DNA of 64,000 nucleotides from Paragordius varius (taxonomy: Eukaryota > Animalia > Nematomorpha), in the NCBI GenBank assembly GCA_964247055.1, contig OZ176051.1, positions 14,508,001-14,572,000 of the forward strand, read 5' to 3'. The position numbers and the translations under genes were made by a program. Below, in pieces: positions 37,833 through 50,480 of this stretch (position 1 is the stretch's first letter; each line of letters opens with the position of its first letter). Under the pieces are notes generated by a model, which did not search any database, was not told the DNA's origin, and saw only the letters and a program-made list of their open reading frames with translations.

Positions 37833-39150
37833 TTTTGGTTGGTTGATTGGAAACTTGTATACGATTATCCGTTAGCGATATTTTAGGATAACTTTCCCCA
37901 TTCGGTTCTGTCATGAGCTTTTAGAGATAGTTTTGGCAGGGAATTTTAGAAAGCGATATAATTTGGTTTATCCGACGAATACGTCTCCGGCCGCCTTCTG
38001 TCTTGCCATTTACTCTTCCTAACATTATTTTACGAGTAAATTTAGTTTGGCATGTTTAGAAAAAAAAACTAGTCAATATTCAAAAGGGTCCAAAAGTATG
38101 GAGCTAACATCTAAAAATGATGTCATAAATGTTTTTGCTTATTGTTGTTGTTGTTTAGAAGCTAGTCACGTAGCGACTCTTAGCTTTCTCATAAAAAAGC
38201 GTTTTTTATTACATGCAGTCTTGAGACTTTCGAATTATTTAGGAAAGGGTAAGGTTTGTTACTGATTAAATAATATCAGGAAACCGCTTTTTGGGACAGC
38301 CTCTCCATTCAACCAAAGAAGAAGGATTTTTCATGGAATCGGATCGAGAATATAGCCTAAATATTTTAATTGCATGTACATCACCAAATCGTAGAGTAAA
38401 AATTTTGGTTTGATGAAGTTTAATATATTGATTTAATGGGCCTTCCAGGATACACCCAAAATTTTCCGAAAGCATGACATTCGAAAGGAGTTGATGCAGG
38501 CTTTGCCACGGGGTAAATCATTCCTTTTAAGATGGCTAATTAGGTTGGATTTCATATGACCAAAGTTCAAATTTCTGAACAGCTTGCCCATGGTAGTGCG
38601 ATCTAAGTGCACGTAGTACAAGATCTGTACTGCCGTCAGATGCGTTTATTTAACCTGAATACTTGCAGTAATCGGCTGATTAGATAAAGGAGACATTGAG
38701 TTATATTGGTATATGGGGGGGGGGGGGAGGGGGGGGCATTGAGCAACATTAGTTTGGATTAAGATAGGCTAGGCTTCAGACCCATCACACTTGCTTTGAC
38801 GGTAAGTCATTTAAGAGATATATCATGTCCGGATGAGATTCAGTCAAGAGAACCGTATCATCAGCATTTCGGAGATTTGCATGCTGTAAGTCCACCGATG
38901 CGCCCTCCAAATTGATGAGGGAATTCACGATTGCGAATTAAAGTTTCTGAGTATATAAAAGGGGAGATAGGACACATCATTGTCTCACATCTCTAAGTAT
39001 ATGGAAGCAGTCAGTGTGGCCGTATTGTGATTTGATGGCCATTTGCTTAAAATACAACGATTTCAACAAAAGTATTATGTGGGCGAAAACTCCGGAAGTT
39101 CTTCTAGAGACAGTCGTAGTTGACTGTATCAAACGCCGTACTGAAGTCCA
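37833..39150 (-). mobile_element. Old RTE-type LINE relic (RT to 3' end)
   Basis: LDFSTAFDTVNY (~39130), NLRNADDTVLL (~38870), KIMLGRVNGK..GGRRR (~38000) and an (AACC)-like tail at ~37840. Confidence 0.75.
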
Positions 39151-40609
39151 AAAAACAGCAGTATAAATTTCAAAAATTCAAATATCTCTGATTTTCAAAA
39201 TTAATTTTAATTTGTTATGGATATTTTTTAAGCTAAAATTTTGATCAAGCGCCTTTTTAATAAGCCGGTAAGGCTTGATTTTCTCAGCACCACCATTTAA
39301 AATATCATGAATGGAAAAGTAATTTTTAAATTTATGGATCTTCTATTATTCTGAATACCGCCTGGCAGAAATTTTAGTTGAGAGTTTTAGTTAAATTGTA
39401 TAGAGTTCCCCAATAAAATAAGTGAAAAATTGACCTTAAATCTATTATAAGTCCACGCTATCAGAGCATGTATTATCATATATTTTGCCTATATCGATGA
39501 TAATTTTCTGTGACTCCACCGTCTCTAACATAAGCTACTATTTAATAATCCAGATTCGAGTCAATTTTATAAGCTAAGACACATTGTTGAATATTCCGAC
39601 ATATAAAAATAACGTGGCCCTCTAATTTTTAGAATTGAGAAAAATCAATACAATCAGATATTTCTCGTATAAAGCCAAAAATTTAAGCCCATTGTAAGCA
39701 ACCGATGATAGTGTATGAATACACCAAAAAGCCATATCTATGGGATATTACCAAAGCCGCTTGGAACCCAAGCCCAAATTTGGAGCTGGTCCAGCTGTTC
39801 TTTACATTTCTTTTCGATTTTTAAACCGGTTATTTAAATAGTGTTACCTATTCTAAAACAGTTCTTAGAATTTCAAAACTGTTCAGGTCCTCAAATTTTT
39901 ATAGTTTCCAAACTGGTTCTCTGTAGAATAAAATCGGTCCTTAAAATGATTCCCATTATATCCAAATATCTAATAACTCAACAACAAAAACTTTTTTAAC
40001 AGCCATTCTTGTAGATTTAAAGTATATTTCATTAAATTACATAATTAGTAAGTATATCTGAAAATAATTTGTCTAACACCTAAAATTTTTTTTTATTAGG
40101 TATCGATAATTTTTGGCCTTGGTTTAACATTAACATTAAATTTTATTATATCATTCAAGCGCAAACTTAATCTTTTGAATGATAGTTGGTCATATACATC
40201 AATCAAAAGTTATTTATGTATATATGATGACAAATTTCAACCTTTAAAAAAATCAAAATTTCATACCCTCTAATTATAAAATTATATAAATTATTTTAAT
40301 ATAATTATTAGAGTTAATATATTAAAAATCTTTGAAAAAGCAGGTTTTTATGGATAAAATGCATAGCTATAACTGTAAATTTATTACATCGTTAAATAAA
40401 TCGAAATTCCCTCTTTGTTTTTAGTTGAAGTTTCGAAATTATAAATCTCCTAACGAAAATAAATTATTATTGATGAGATGGTAATTTTTTAAAAAACAAA
40501 AGTAAAAATATCTGTTTTAAATGACATAAAAGCAATAAATAAGTGTTTTAAAATGACTATAGAATAGTAATCAATCAAGCCTCAAAAGTTTTTCTCAAAA
40601 TAATTCACA

Positions 40610-41585
40610 GGTGTATCCAAGGCATAAGCCGAACTTTCTAACATCCCAGTGGGATTTAGAACCAACTGCGGATGCAGGGACATGATTGGCAATATCCGCT
40701 GGATATTTGAAAACAAATCGAATTTCAGAAAGAAACCCATATCTGCTTCATTAATTTTTTAAAGGCCTTCGACAGCGTGAAGCAAGACTCGCTGTGGAAT
40801 GCACCATATCAGATTGGAGTATCAGATCATATTATAAACATCATCAAATCCCTTTACTCCAATTCATCATCATAAAAACCCCACGCGGCACAAATTGGAT
40901 ACGAATGAACAATAGTTTAGCACAAGGATGCGTCCTTTCACCGACTCTTTTTAACGTTTGCATAGAAAGTGTATTAAGAAATATAGATAAAGATAATGGC
41001 ATAAGCATAGCCGGCAATATCATATTATCCCTTCACTATGCTGACGACACCATACTGCTGTCACAGTGAAAAACCTAAAAAAACTTATAACGGAATTTTC
41101 AACTTAATGTCAAAAAGTCGGTATGACGATCAATTACAAAAACTAAAATTATGAATATAAACGCTCAAAATCATTACAACAATTTATTCTTTGACAACCA
41201 AAAAATCGAAGTAATCTCCCAGTACACTTATTTAGGCTGTCCTATCATTACGACTAACAACATCCTCCCGACATCAGGAGATGAAGAATAGGATTAATCA
41301 AAAATGATAAAATATAATAAACTATGGTCGTCACATGACATCAAACTCAAAACAAAAATCCGATTAGTTAAATCCTTAATATTCCCTAGTACGCTATACG
41401 CGTCAGGAAGTTGGACAATAAAGAAAGGATGACGAAAGATACATTAACGTCTTCAAAATGGGATGCTGGAGGAAAATACTACAAATCACCTGGAAAGACA
41501 TAATAAAGAACACCGTAATCCTTAACAAAAAAAATCCCGATATACACCTGATCGGCATGTGCTTCAAAATGAAATTATCATGCAT
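40610..41585 (+). mobile_element. Degenerate LINE RT fragment (RTE-like)
   Basis: GFRTNCGCRDMIGNIRWI, KAFDSV, LAQGCVLSPTLFN, LHYADDT, YLG and RLVKSLIFPS.LYASGSWT. Multiple frameshifts. Confidence 0.85.
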
Positions 41586-41592
41586 ATTTTAA

Positions 41593-41645
41593 CCTAATAA
41601 AATTAAAAATATGGCTGCGAAAAGTTTGAGATGAATGTTATTAGG
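41593..41645. mobile_element. 53-bp TTAA-flanked inverted-repeat element (piggyBac-type micro-MITE candidate)
   Basis: TTAA(41589-92)|CCTAATAA...TTATTAGG|TTAA(41646-49). Confidence 0.4.
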
Positions 41646-42699
41646 TTAAAAAGTGTTAAGCATTAAACAATATTATTAACAAAAAAGAAGATTATATAAA
41701 ATGCAAAACCAATTTAACTTAATAGAAAAATTGAAATTTCACTGACAAAACGTGAAAATATAAGGAAAGACAAATATGTTTTTTGAAAAGACAACCGTAC
41801 TTTTTAAATCCTAATTTACAATATAACTTATTGTTTTAAATGGCAAAGTGTAAATTCATATAGAACTAACAGATTCGATTCTATATTTTACGATTGTAAT
41901 TAAATAGCTTATATAAGAAAAATTAAGTATATGGTTGTCTTTTAGATAAAAATATTCTTTATATTTTTACGCTTTGTCCGTATAATTTCAATTTTTACTG
42001 TATATTGATTTTTTTATTTATAACCAAAAACGATAATATATAAATTCAATTATTTTTAAAATTTGGTTATTTAAAAAATTACCCCTCATTTGTTATCTCG
42101 ATATAATATTTTTCCTGATACTACTAAGAATGCCTTTAAGAAATTACTACATTCGCAAAAAATCCTCTACTGCCATTAGCAAAAAATATTCGCCTTGGTA
42201 GCTGATAATACGCAAAATAAAATATCTATGTGACGCCCTAAAAAACATTATTGCCCTTTCAAATACGGAAAAAATCTTTATCAGTATTTGACGCTTCCAA
42301 TCAGTTTGCCACTGTTGAATACATATATAATCTGTTCTCAACTATCTGGGTACATGTAAACATTTCGGGCATGTTTTATATATTAAGTTAACTAGAATTG
42401 TGAATCAGAGCCATTATCATGCAGAATGCGGATGCTGACCATAACTATCAATTATTAAATATTCAATATTATAATTTTTTAACAAAGATTAATTTTCACA
42501 ACATTAATAAAGAAACTTTTGGTCAAAAGCGCGCCTGCTCCACACAAGTTTTAGCAGTTTAAATAAAGGTACACCTCGGCAAAAAGTAAGCGGGAAATAG
42601 ATTCGACTCAGATCCATTTAATAAATTTCACATTAAAATACCAACACATACAAATTGATTCTGCCAAAAGATAGCGTCCTGTTTATATCTTTTAGTAAA

Positions 42700-43400
42700 T
42701 ATGTATATCTATACATTGATGTCGCCATTTTTGGGTAACCCTTTGGTAGTGTCATCATCACCCCAAATATTTTTAAGATCGGACTATAAATGTAATTTAT
42801 ATGACTTTAAAAATTGCGGCATCAACAGGTTGTGAGAAGCATTGTGAGATGGGCGCTTGGTCCCACAAATGAAAAGACAATAAACTGTAAGATTAATTGG
42901 ATGATACTAAACTCTAACTCAAGCATTACACATATCAAAAAACAATCAATCGTGTATACAGTAATATGAGAGACACTCGGTAAATAGGCTCACTTAATTT
43001 CAATGAAAGTTGAATCGCAAATTACAAAAATAATTGTAAATATTTGGTACAGCATCACAAAAAATTATTTTCCACCGAATTAAATTAACGGGAAATGCGT
43101 AATTTTAAAATATCAGTAAAATCATGGATTTCACCTTACCCAGCTGGTCGGCCAAATTGTTTTGGTAAAAAGATGGAGCTCTCTGTTTGCGCCGCGTTGA
43201 TAATTACTTTTAATACCTGCTTCAGTATTATTAAAGAAGTTGAATGGCTTGACAAATGGTTTTCGCCAAAGCACTGTTCACGCCATTCTATTAAGTTGAC
43301 GGAAGAAATGTGTAAAAACCCCAATGGCGATATTTTAAATAAAATAAACTAAAAATGACTACACCATGTGTATAGATTTTATATAAGAATGAGTTTAGAA
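42700..43400 (-). mobile_element. pogo/Tigger-like (DDE_1) transposase relic
   Basis: Minus strand reads INAAQTE (cf. CANA.GTEK) at ~43195 and LWDQAP...SQPVDAAIFK (cf. LDN...H..QPLD..IF) at ~42800-42875. Confidence 0.45.
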
Positions 43401-45395
43401 AACCTATTTAGAAAATATGAGCCTGCATGTAAGATAGGCCTGATAAACACTGTATAAATCCGTTTATGTTCATCTAATTAATATTCAACAATATAGCCAA
43501 TAATAAAAGGCCTGCCAATATTATTATTTTATTGTAACTATGGAGGCGTCCCCTAGTAGAATATTACTATTATTAAAAACCGTTTATTATATTTGTACAA
43601 TCGTATACTTTATTAGATACAGAATAAATATAACAAACAGATTATGAATTTATTATATTGTAATATTAATATAAAAAATTATTTATATAATTCAAGCTAT
43701 TAATCTTGATTAAAAGATAAAATAAATTTTTGATTATGTGGTATTTGTGTCAAACACGATGAGCTTTTACACTGGGATCAACGTAAAAATCGTTACAGCT
43801 CGGACCGCAAATGTTAACTAAAAAAGTATATAAAAATAAATTAGCCATTTGCATTATCAAATAACGTTGACCTGCTCAATTATCCGAAAGTTGATTTAAC
43901 TATAAGAATATTTTTATTTAATTATGTCACGAAATTGTTTTAAATCATACTTTGCTTGTTAATTAATTTATGACCGTGTGGTGTTTAAGAAAGGTGTTTA
44001 TCGAGCTCTAAAGTGTTCAATATCGTAAAAAACCGAAAAATCGTAAAATCTGCACATTTCATAAAATTTTGGTAATATGCAGTATGAATAAATTTAACTA
44101 CCTGACTAGTTTTCTAAGAAATATTGGCAGAAAACATATGCAAGCATCATTATTGGCTAATAGGAGTAAAAAAACGAAAAAACAACAATAGGTTTTTAAG
44201 ATTGCCTTTTATGTGGTATATAAATGCAACTTTTAGCATTTTGTTAAGTAATATTAATGGCACAAAGTTGAGCGTTAAAGTTTTTAACTACATTCAGGAA
44301 AAATAGCCTTTTCTAAATAAAACCGAATTGTTTAAAACTAATTAGTACCATTTATAAAGAAATAGTATTTAATGGCATATTCTTTTAATTATACACAAAA
44401 AGTGTTTTCGTGATATTTATAAATCTACTCCCTATATGATGAAATACATTAAATGCTCCCTAATATTGACCATTTTCGTTGTAAAGCGTTATCTAAGCGT
44501 TTTATTAGAAAAACTAGTTTATATGGTATGAATTAACTTAGTTTTAAGAAAAGGTGCGTATTTTTTCTATTTCTTACACTTAAATTTGATGGCTTATACA
44601 AATATATTAAGAAACAAAATAACAAAACACGTTAAAGTGCAAAATGGAAATTTATAAATTCTTAAGAAAAATATCGTATTTATGGACATTTATATACTAC
44701 AGTAAAAATTTAAATTATTCAAGTGTAAAAGCAAAAAGAATAATAGCTGAACCTTTTTAGCTTGTTCAATAATTTTTATTAGCAAAGTAGGTAACATGTA
44801 AATTGGTAACACAATCCATGTATGACTTCATAAGCCATTATTGGAGAAGAAGCATTAATTCTTATCCCAATGACCGGCTTGAATAATATCCAAAATATGT
44901 TGTTCAATATATGGTTGCGTTTCTGCCAATGTTAATTCGAATTAAAAATTTAAAGAAATTATACCTGTATATTAGTGATAATTACATAAATTTATGACAA
45001 TATTTTGTTTACAATTTAATTTTCATCATTTATTTATCTATATATATTCTAACTCATTAATATTATAACATCATAAAAAGTCAACATAAAAAAAAAATCA
45101 TAAATTGTTAAAATTTATTTATATTTTCCCGTTTATTGTCTACCATTTATGATCCTAAAACATACAAACATAATCCCTTGTTACATTACTATTAATACGA
45201 AAACAATAAGTAAAAAATAAATATTACATTTGTTAATAATAACGGGGCTTTTAAATTATTTTATAATTTATTAATAGATGGGATAATAGTCCTTTTACAT
45301 AAGAATTAAAACAGACAAACCTCAGTCTTTACAAATTAAATATTATATTTGTGTTTTTTAATATTAATTTATTTAAAATTTTTAAATAAGTCATA

Positions 45396-48300
45396 AAATT
45401 AAGGTATATTCATGCATGAAACCATGTGATTGAAAGCGGCAAATTTAAGGATAGTATTATTTTATTTTATTCTATAAATATATTTAAAAAATATGTTTCC
45501 TTTTAGTAATTATTAATCCTTTTCTTTGTTTTGTGGAGTTTTTATTTTATTTGTATGCTAAGTATGTAATTTAAAGAGTAACATAATTCTTAAGTCATCA
45601 AAAATCATTATTATACATATCTCTTTTTTTTTTCTCTCTACTCCTTGGTGCCTAATTATTTTATTTTTACTAGCCTAGCCATAATTTCTTTATATTTTTC
45701 TTTTAGGATTGCCAGACAGAGTGAAATATTAATATTTATAATTTACCCAAATTAACAACATTTATAGATTACTCTTTAATTTTAATTATTCTAGATATTT
45801 ATTTTTTGTAAAGAGGGTAAGTGAGAGGGAAGGCAGTGGCAAACCACCCTCGATTATTACTGCCAAAAAATAGTTTTTCTATATGAATTTAACAAGAATT
45901 TTTAAAGTTGGATGCTGGAACGTACGTTCCTTAACATCAACCAAACAGGTGATAATTGAAAAGGAAATGGAAAGATTGAACATAGATATACTGGGTCTAA
46001 CGGAAACCAAGCAAAAAGGTAGCGCGAAAGTACAAAACGAAAATTATACATTGTTAAGATCGGGGAGAGATGACCAGAAATCTGAAGGCGTTGCAGTATT
46101 AATAAAAAACAAATTAAATAAAAGTCTCATTAGTTATGCACCGTATACACCCAGAATCATGAGTATTAGGCTGAATGCCAAGCCACTTAAATTTACATAC
46201 ATAGTAGTCTATGCAACTACGTCAAACGCTCCCAAAGAAGACATTGAGGACTTTTATGCAACGTAAATAGTTTTGGATGAAACGAAGAAAGGAGATATGA
46301 TTATCATAGGAGGGGATTGGAACAGCAAAGTTGGTAGAGGTAGAGTAGATCAAATAGTCGGGCCATATGGATTGGGAGAACGAAACGAGGCCGGGGAAGC
46401 ACTGATCAATTTTTGTCAAGAAAATGAGATGATGATAACCAACACATGGTTTCCACAACACAATAGGAGGTTATACACATGGACCTCTCCATGTGGTAAA
46501 GAATCAAATTGATTACATAATGTTTCCTCAAAAATGGAAAAGCTCTATAATCGATACCAAAACAAGCAAAAGCAGCGATTGCTCTAGCGATCATGAGCTT
46601 CTAATAACCAAAATCAAACTTAAAATAATTAAAAATAAGGTTAAACAGATATACAGATATGACACTCGCAACATTCCAAATAGTTTTAGAACAGAAACCA
46701 AAGATAGATTAGGAAGATTGGACAATGGATGTAGCTCAGAACAATTATGGGGAACGATAAAAAATGTTGTTAATGAAGTGGCAAAAGAAAAAGTGCAGAG
46801 AGTAAAGAGGAAAGATAACAAATGGATATCAGAAAAGAGTATAGAGATAGCAGAAAAGAGGAGAAAAGCTAAATCAAGAGGTGATAATAAAATGGTAATT
46901 ATATAACAAAGAATTTCAACGACAAACAAGGAAGGATTACGAAGATTTTCTTAATAAACAATGTCTGGAAGTGGAATTAAATAACAAAAAAGGATTAATG
47001 CAACCAATGTTCCAGAAACTGAAGCAAATGACTTATAAACCTTTTATATCATCACAAAAGATTAAAAAAGAGAATGGCACCATATTGTGCAAACAAACAG
47101 AAGTACGAGAAAGATGGAAGGAATACACCCAAAAACTCTATAAGGCTCCTCAAACAAAGGTGTTGCAATTAAAAGAAGAAGAACGTGATCCAGATATATT
47201 AAGAGAGGAGGTTGAATTAGCCTTAAAACAAATTCCTAACAACAAAGCGATGGGATTAGACAATATCCCAATAGAGTTCATAAAAGCTATTCCCGTTGAA
47301 AAGTTACACCAGTTATGTCAAAAGGTGTGGGAAACATGTGAGTGGCCAAACGATTGGGTATCATCTGTATATCTCCCAATATATAAAAAAGGAGATGTAC
47401 TCCAATGCGAGAATTATCGGAACATATCTCTTATTAGCCAGGCTAGTAAGGTCTTACTAAAAGTAATACAAAACAGAATGCACAGTATCATACAGACGGA
47501 AATACCAGAAAATCAAGCCGGATTTATGAAGGGAAAAAGCACAAGAGACCATATCTCAAACATGAGAAGGATAATGGAAACATCAAAAGAGTTCCAGAAA
47601 GAATTATACATGTGTTTTATTGATTACAGACAAGCATTCGATTCAATTAACTATGACTCCTTGAGGGAAACAGTAAAGTTAGTAGGGGTATCGTCTCACT
47701 TAATAAGATTGATTAGCTCTCTGTATGTAAAACAAAGAGCGATTATTATAACACCAGCGGGGGACACAGACGAAATACCAATCTTGAAAGGAGTCAGACA
47801 AGGGTGTTGCTTATCCCCTTATCTGTTCAATATGTGCACAGATATGATAATGAGGAAGTTGGATGGTAAAAATATTGGAGTAAGAATAGGAGGGAGAACA
47901 ATCAATAATTTAAGGTTTGCAGACGATACCACTCTTATAGCTGAAAGTGCAAATGATTTGAAGGAATTGATTGAAGAGATTCGAAAGGAAAGTTTGAGGT
48001 ATGGTCTTAGGCTTAATCCTAACAAAACCAAAATATTATGTACAGGGAAAAAGCCTACAATTATAATAGAAGGAGTAGAAATAGAAATAGTTAAACAGTT
48101 AACGTTTTTGGGCGCAATAATTTCAGAGGATGGGTCTTCAACTCCTGACATCAGAAAGAGAATAGGATTGGGTAGAGAAGCGATGACCAAATTAATAAAG
48201 ATTTGGAAAAACAAAAGCGTAGGAGTTGAAACCAAAAAAAGATTACTCTACTGTTTCGTTCTCCCGGTCACCACATATGGATGTGAGAGTTGGACTCTCA

Positions 48301-48693
48301 GAAAAAAGGACAAAGAAAGGCTCATGGCTTTTGAAAGGAGTTGCTGGCGTAGGATGCTAGGATACACCTGGAAGGATAAAATTAAGAATGAAAATCTAAC
48401 TACAGAAATAAAACCTAAAACAAACATCATGGAGATAATTCTAAAAAGAAAGTTAACATATTTTGGTCATGTCATGCGATCGAATTCTCTGGAGAAAGAT
48501 ACAATGTTTGGGAAGGTAGAAGGGCAAAGGAAACGAGGCCGACCACCGATGAGGTGGTTGGATATGATAAAAGAAGAGACCAAAATGACACTGAAAAAGC
48601 TCAATATAGCGGTTAAAGATAGAAAAAAATGGAAAGAAATAGTTAAAACTATATCCAAAAAGTCGTTTACGACTTAGGAAAAACCAACCAACC
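45396..48693 (+). mobile_element. Full-length RTE-clade LINE (~3.3 kb); single APE-RT ORF 45883-48677 with one nonsense codon and two frameshifts
   Basis: TSD AAATAAGTCATA at 45384-45395 and 48694-48705. APE motifs (GCWNVRS, LGLTE, GDWNSKVG, NQIDY, SDHELL) and RT motifs (NYRNISL, QAGF, FIDYRQAFD, GVRQGCCLSP, FADD). (AACC)3 tail. In-frame TAA at 46264 and frameshifts near 46500 and 46895. Confidence 0.95.
45825..45864 (+). promoter_or_regulatory. Predicted RNA pseudoknot just upstream of the RTE start codon
   Basis: GAGGG/CCCTC, GGCAG/CTGCC and TGG/CCA pairings, ending 18 nt before ATG 45883. Confidence 0.6.
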
Positions 48694-50480
48694 AAATAAG
48701 TCATATTTTCAATACAAATAAATATTTTTAATATGGTGTTTAGATTATTATCATAAGTGACCTAACCATAATTTCAATAGATGTATTCTTTTAATAAAAT
48801 TATATGATTTTTTTTATTAAAATTTTCTAATTTATTTGGTAATAGATACTCTATAATTTTTACCGTTTTTTGATAAGTTAAAACCTACTAATTATGAAAA
48901 TTAATATTTTTTAAACAAAACATTATAGTGATGATAAAATAGAAACGGGAAGTTGACAACGATACCAATTATTAAATGTGGTTTTTAAGAGACCTTATTA
49001 AGTGTTATTTACCCGGTTATCATAAATTTTAAACTTTAATAAATTTTCAAATATGGTTCACAAATATCCTATAAAAGCGAGAAACTTTTTGAATAAATTT
49101 AAATAATTATTTTAACTTTTAAACACAATAATTAATATAAAATAATATCTTCCCAAGGATGAAAGTTTTTATATTCACATGCATTTTGCTTTTTCCGCCA
49201 ACTCGTGCCAAACCTTAACAGGTATCAGAATTTATCTTAATAAACATTAAATTCACAAAGTGTATTTTTGAATAGCTTCTAAAATTGTTAAAACAAAATA
49301 TATAAAAAATAGTTTATGTTTATTTTTTTAATTTTGATTTGCTCACAACATTTCAAATTGAATACAAATAATTTAGCTTATATATTTACAATATTTAGCA
49401 AAATATTATTTAATCGCTTTTGAAACCAAAAATATACCATTTGCCTATTTATATTATCCTCAAACACTTTAAGTTAGTCCTTGACCATTCAAAAATAAAA
49501 TTTTTTAAAGACTAACTTAAATTGTTTAAGTACACTCTTTAAATGTAAATAATATATATATATATATAAGGTTTGAAATTTTTTTCCATTACAGTGATTA
49601 ATGAATTTATACAGAAAATTTATCATTTAAAAGACAGGTTTTTTTAGAAGACCGCTATATTTTTCAAGCTTGATTTTTTAATATGACTCAAAGTCTTTTT
49701 GAAAAAATTATTTGTCGTTTAATTTTTCCGTTTTGCCAAAACTGATAAATTTTTAAAATGTATTTATAAAAAAATTATTTTCCCAATAAATATGCATAAA
49801 AAATAAAGAAATTTTTTACATATTTTTCAAAAATAATTTTACAGTTTTATCACTGACCATGGTAAAAAAATGGTCGATGGTAGAATGACTAGATCTCGAC
49901 TAATAGGTAGAACAACCCTAGTTATTACGTTTTGTCTTTATAGTATTATTTTTCCCTTATCGTTAGTGACATAAAAAGATTTTTAGCAATCATCTCCTTA
50001 TTTTCAAAAAGAAAATTTTATTCAATATACACCATTATCTTATTTTAATTCAATCAGGATTTTCGAGAAACCTTATTCAGTGTATATTTAATGGAAATAA
50101 CATGGATATTCTTGAGTTTGGTCCAATGGAACCCCAAGCTTCGCTTGTTCCAACCACTCAATTTAGGTCTTTTTTTGGGGGTAATAGCAGTATTATTGTA
50201 TTAAATATACATTGCTCATTTTCATTAATTATCAAATATAGCATATAAGAATATATTAAGAATTATCTTTTTACTGTATCAGTCAATATTAATGTTTCTT
50301 GCTACATATGATGGCAACTAATTAAAAACTCATTAGTCATCTTGTATAAAAACAGATATTTAATATATGATACTGATAAAAATAGAATGGATATATTTCT
50401 AATTACATTCGTAAATTATATAATTAAGTGTGTTCTCAATGAAAATCTTGACAGAGTTTGCAAAAACAATACTATTTATA

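Noticed and set aside
38714-38737. Poly-G tracts (also 60550-60578, 63404-63419) as functional G-quadruplexes
   Set aside because: All lie within TE relics or termini. Homopolymer length is unreliable in assemblies and there is no independent support.
39730-39830. GC-richer patches at 39730-39830, 50100-50170, 37085-37145 and 59110-59155 as exons
   Set aside because: Short, with several equally plausible frames and no paralog support or consistent splice partners.
46222-48704. Minus-strand ORFs of 60-138 aa (46222-46461, 46406-46594, 46591-46929, 47819-48235, 48248-48430, 48453-48704, 48467-48658)
   Set aside because: Antisense shadows of the RTE ORF.
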